From Chiloscyllium plagiosum (lineage: Eukaryota): a stretch of DNA of 64,000 nt. Positions within the stretch are counted from its first letter, which is position 1; every line of letters begins with the position of its first letter. The translations under genes and the position numbers were made by a program. The notes under the pieces are model-generated. The model made no database searches and was not told the origin of the DNA. It was given only the letters and a program-made list of their open reading frames with translations. The stretch spans positions 59,948,137-60,012,136 of the forward strand of contig NC_057718.1 in the NCBI RefSeq assembly GCF_004010195.1, given 5' to 3'. Positions 63,888 to 64,000 of this stretch are shown in pieces.

Positions 63888-64000
63888 TAGATTATCAAAT
63901 ACAGCTCTTTAGTGTAGTGTCTAAAATCTCTCTGCTCACATGCACCTTCTAGAGTTGTGTCTTCTTGCTTACTGATATCAGAACATGTAATCAGTTGTAT

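Noticed and set aside
1..64000. CRISPR arrays, prokaryotic operons or rRNA
   Set aside because: No regularly spaced repeats, long intact ORFs or rRNA signatures; the sequence is vertebrate repeat-rich DNA

Overview
Vertebrate, AT-rich, repeat-dominated genomic DNA, almost certainly from a shark (elasmobranch): it carries HE1-type V-SINEs and HER1/CR1 LINEs. I recognise no host protein-coding gene, so the window looks intergenic or deep intronic. Nearly all long ORFs in the track are decayed transposon fragments or chance ORFs. Contents: many CR1 LINE copies, including one retaining ORF1 esterase, endonuclease and RT (2134-5860, minus); a second CR1/L2-group LINE family with its own partner SINE; two Rex1/Babar LINEs; several tRNA-derived SINE families; a Tigger/pogo-type MITE; microsatellites; and a 132-N gap. 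The most structured signal is a dense set of Penelope-like elements (PLEs, GIY-YIG endonuclease) from several families. About 15 minimal type-I hammerhead ribozyme motifs (CUGANGA - stem II - GAAA-NUH) sit in their pseudo-LTRs and show covarying stems. Many occur as 85-200 bp ribozyme-plus-tail mini-insertions with 9-15 bp target-site duplications, starting a few nt upstream of the catalytic core and often in head-to-head inverted form. Family names come from motif recognition by eye, not database searches. Boundaries of old repeats are approximate.
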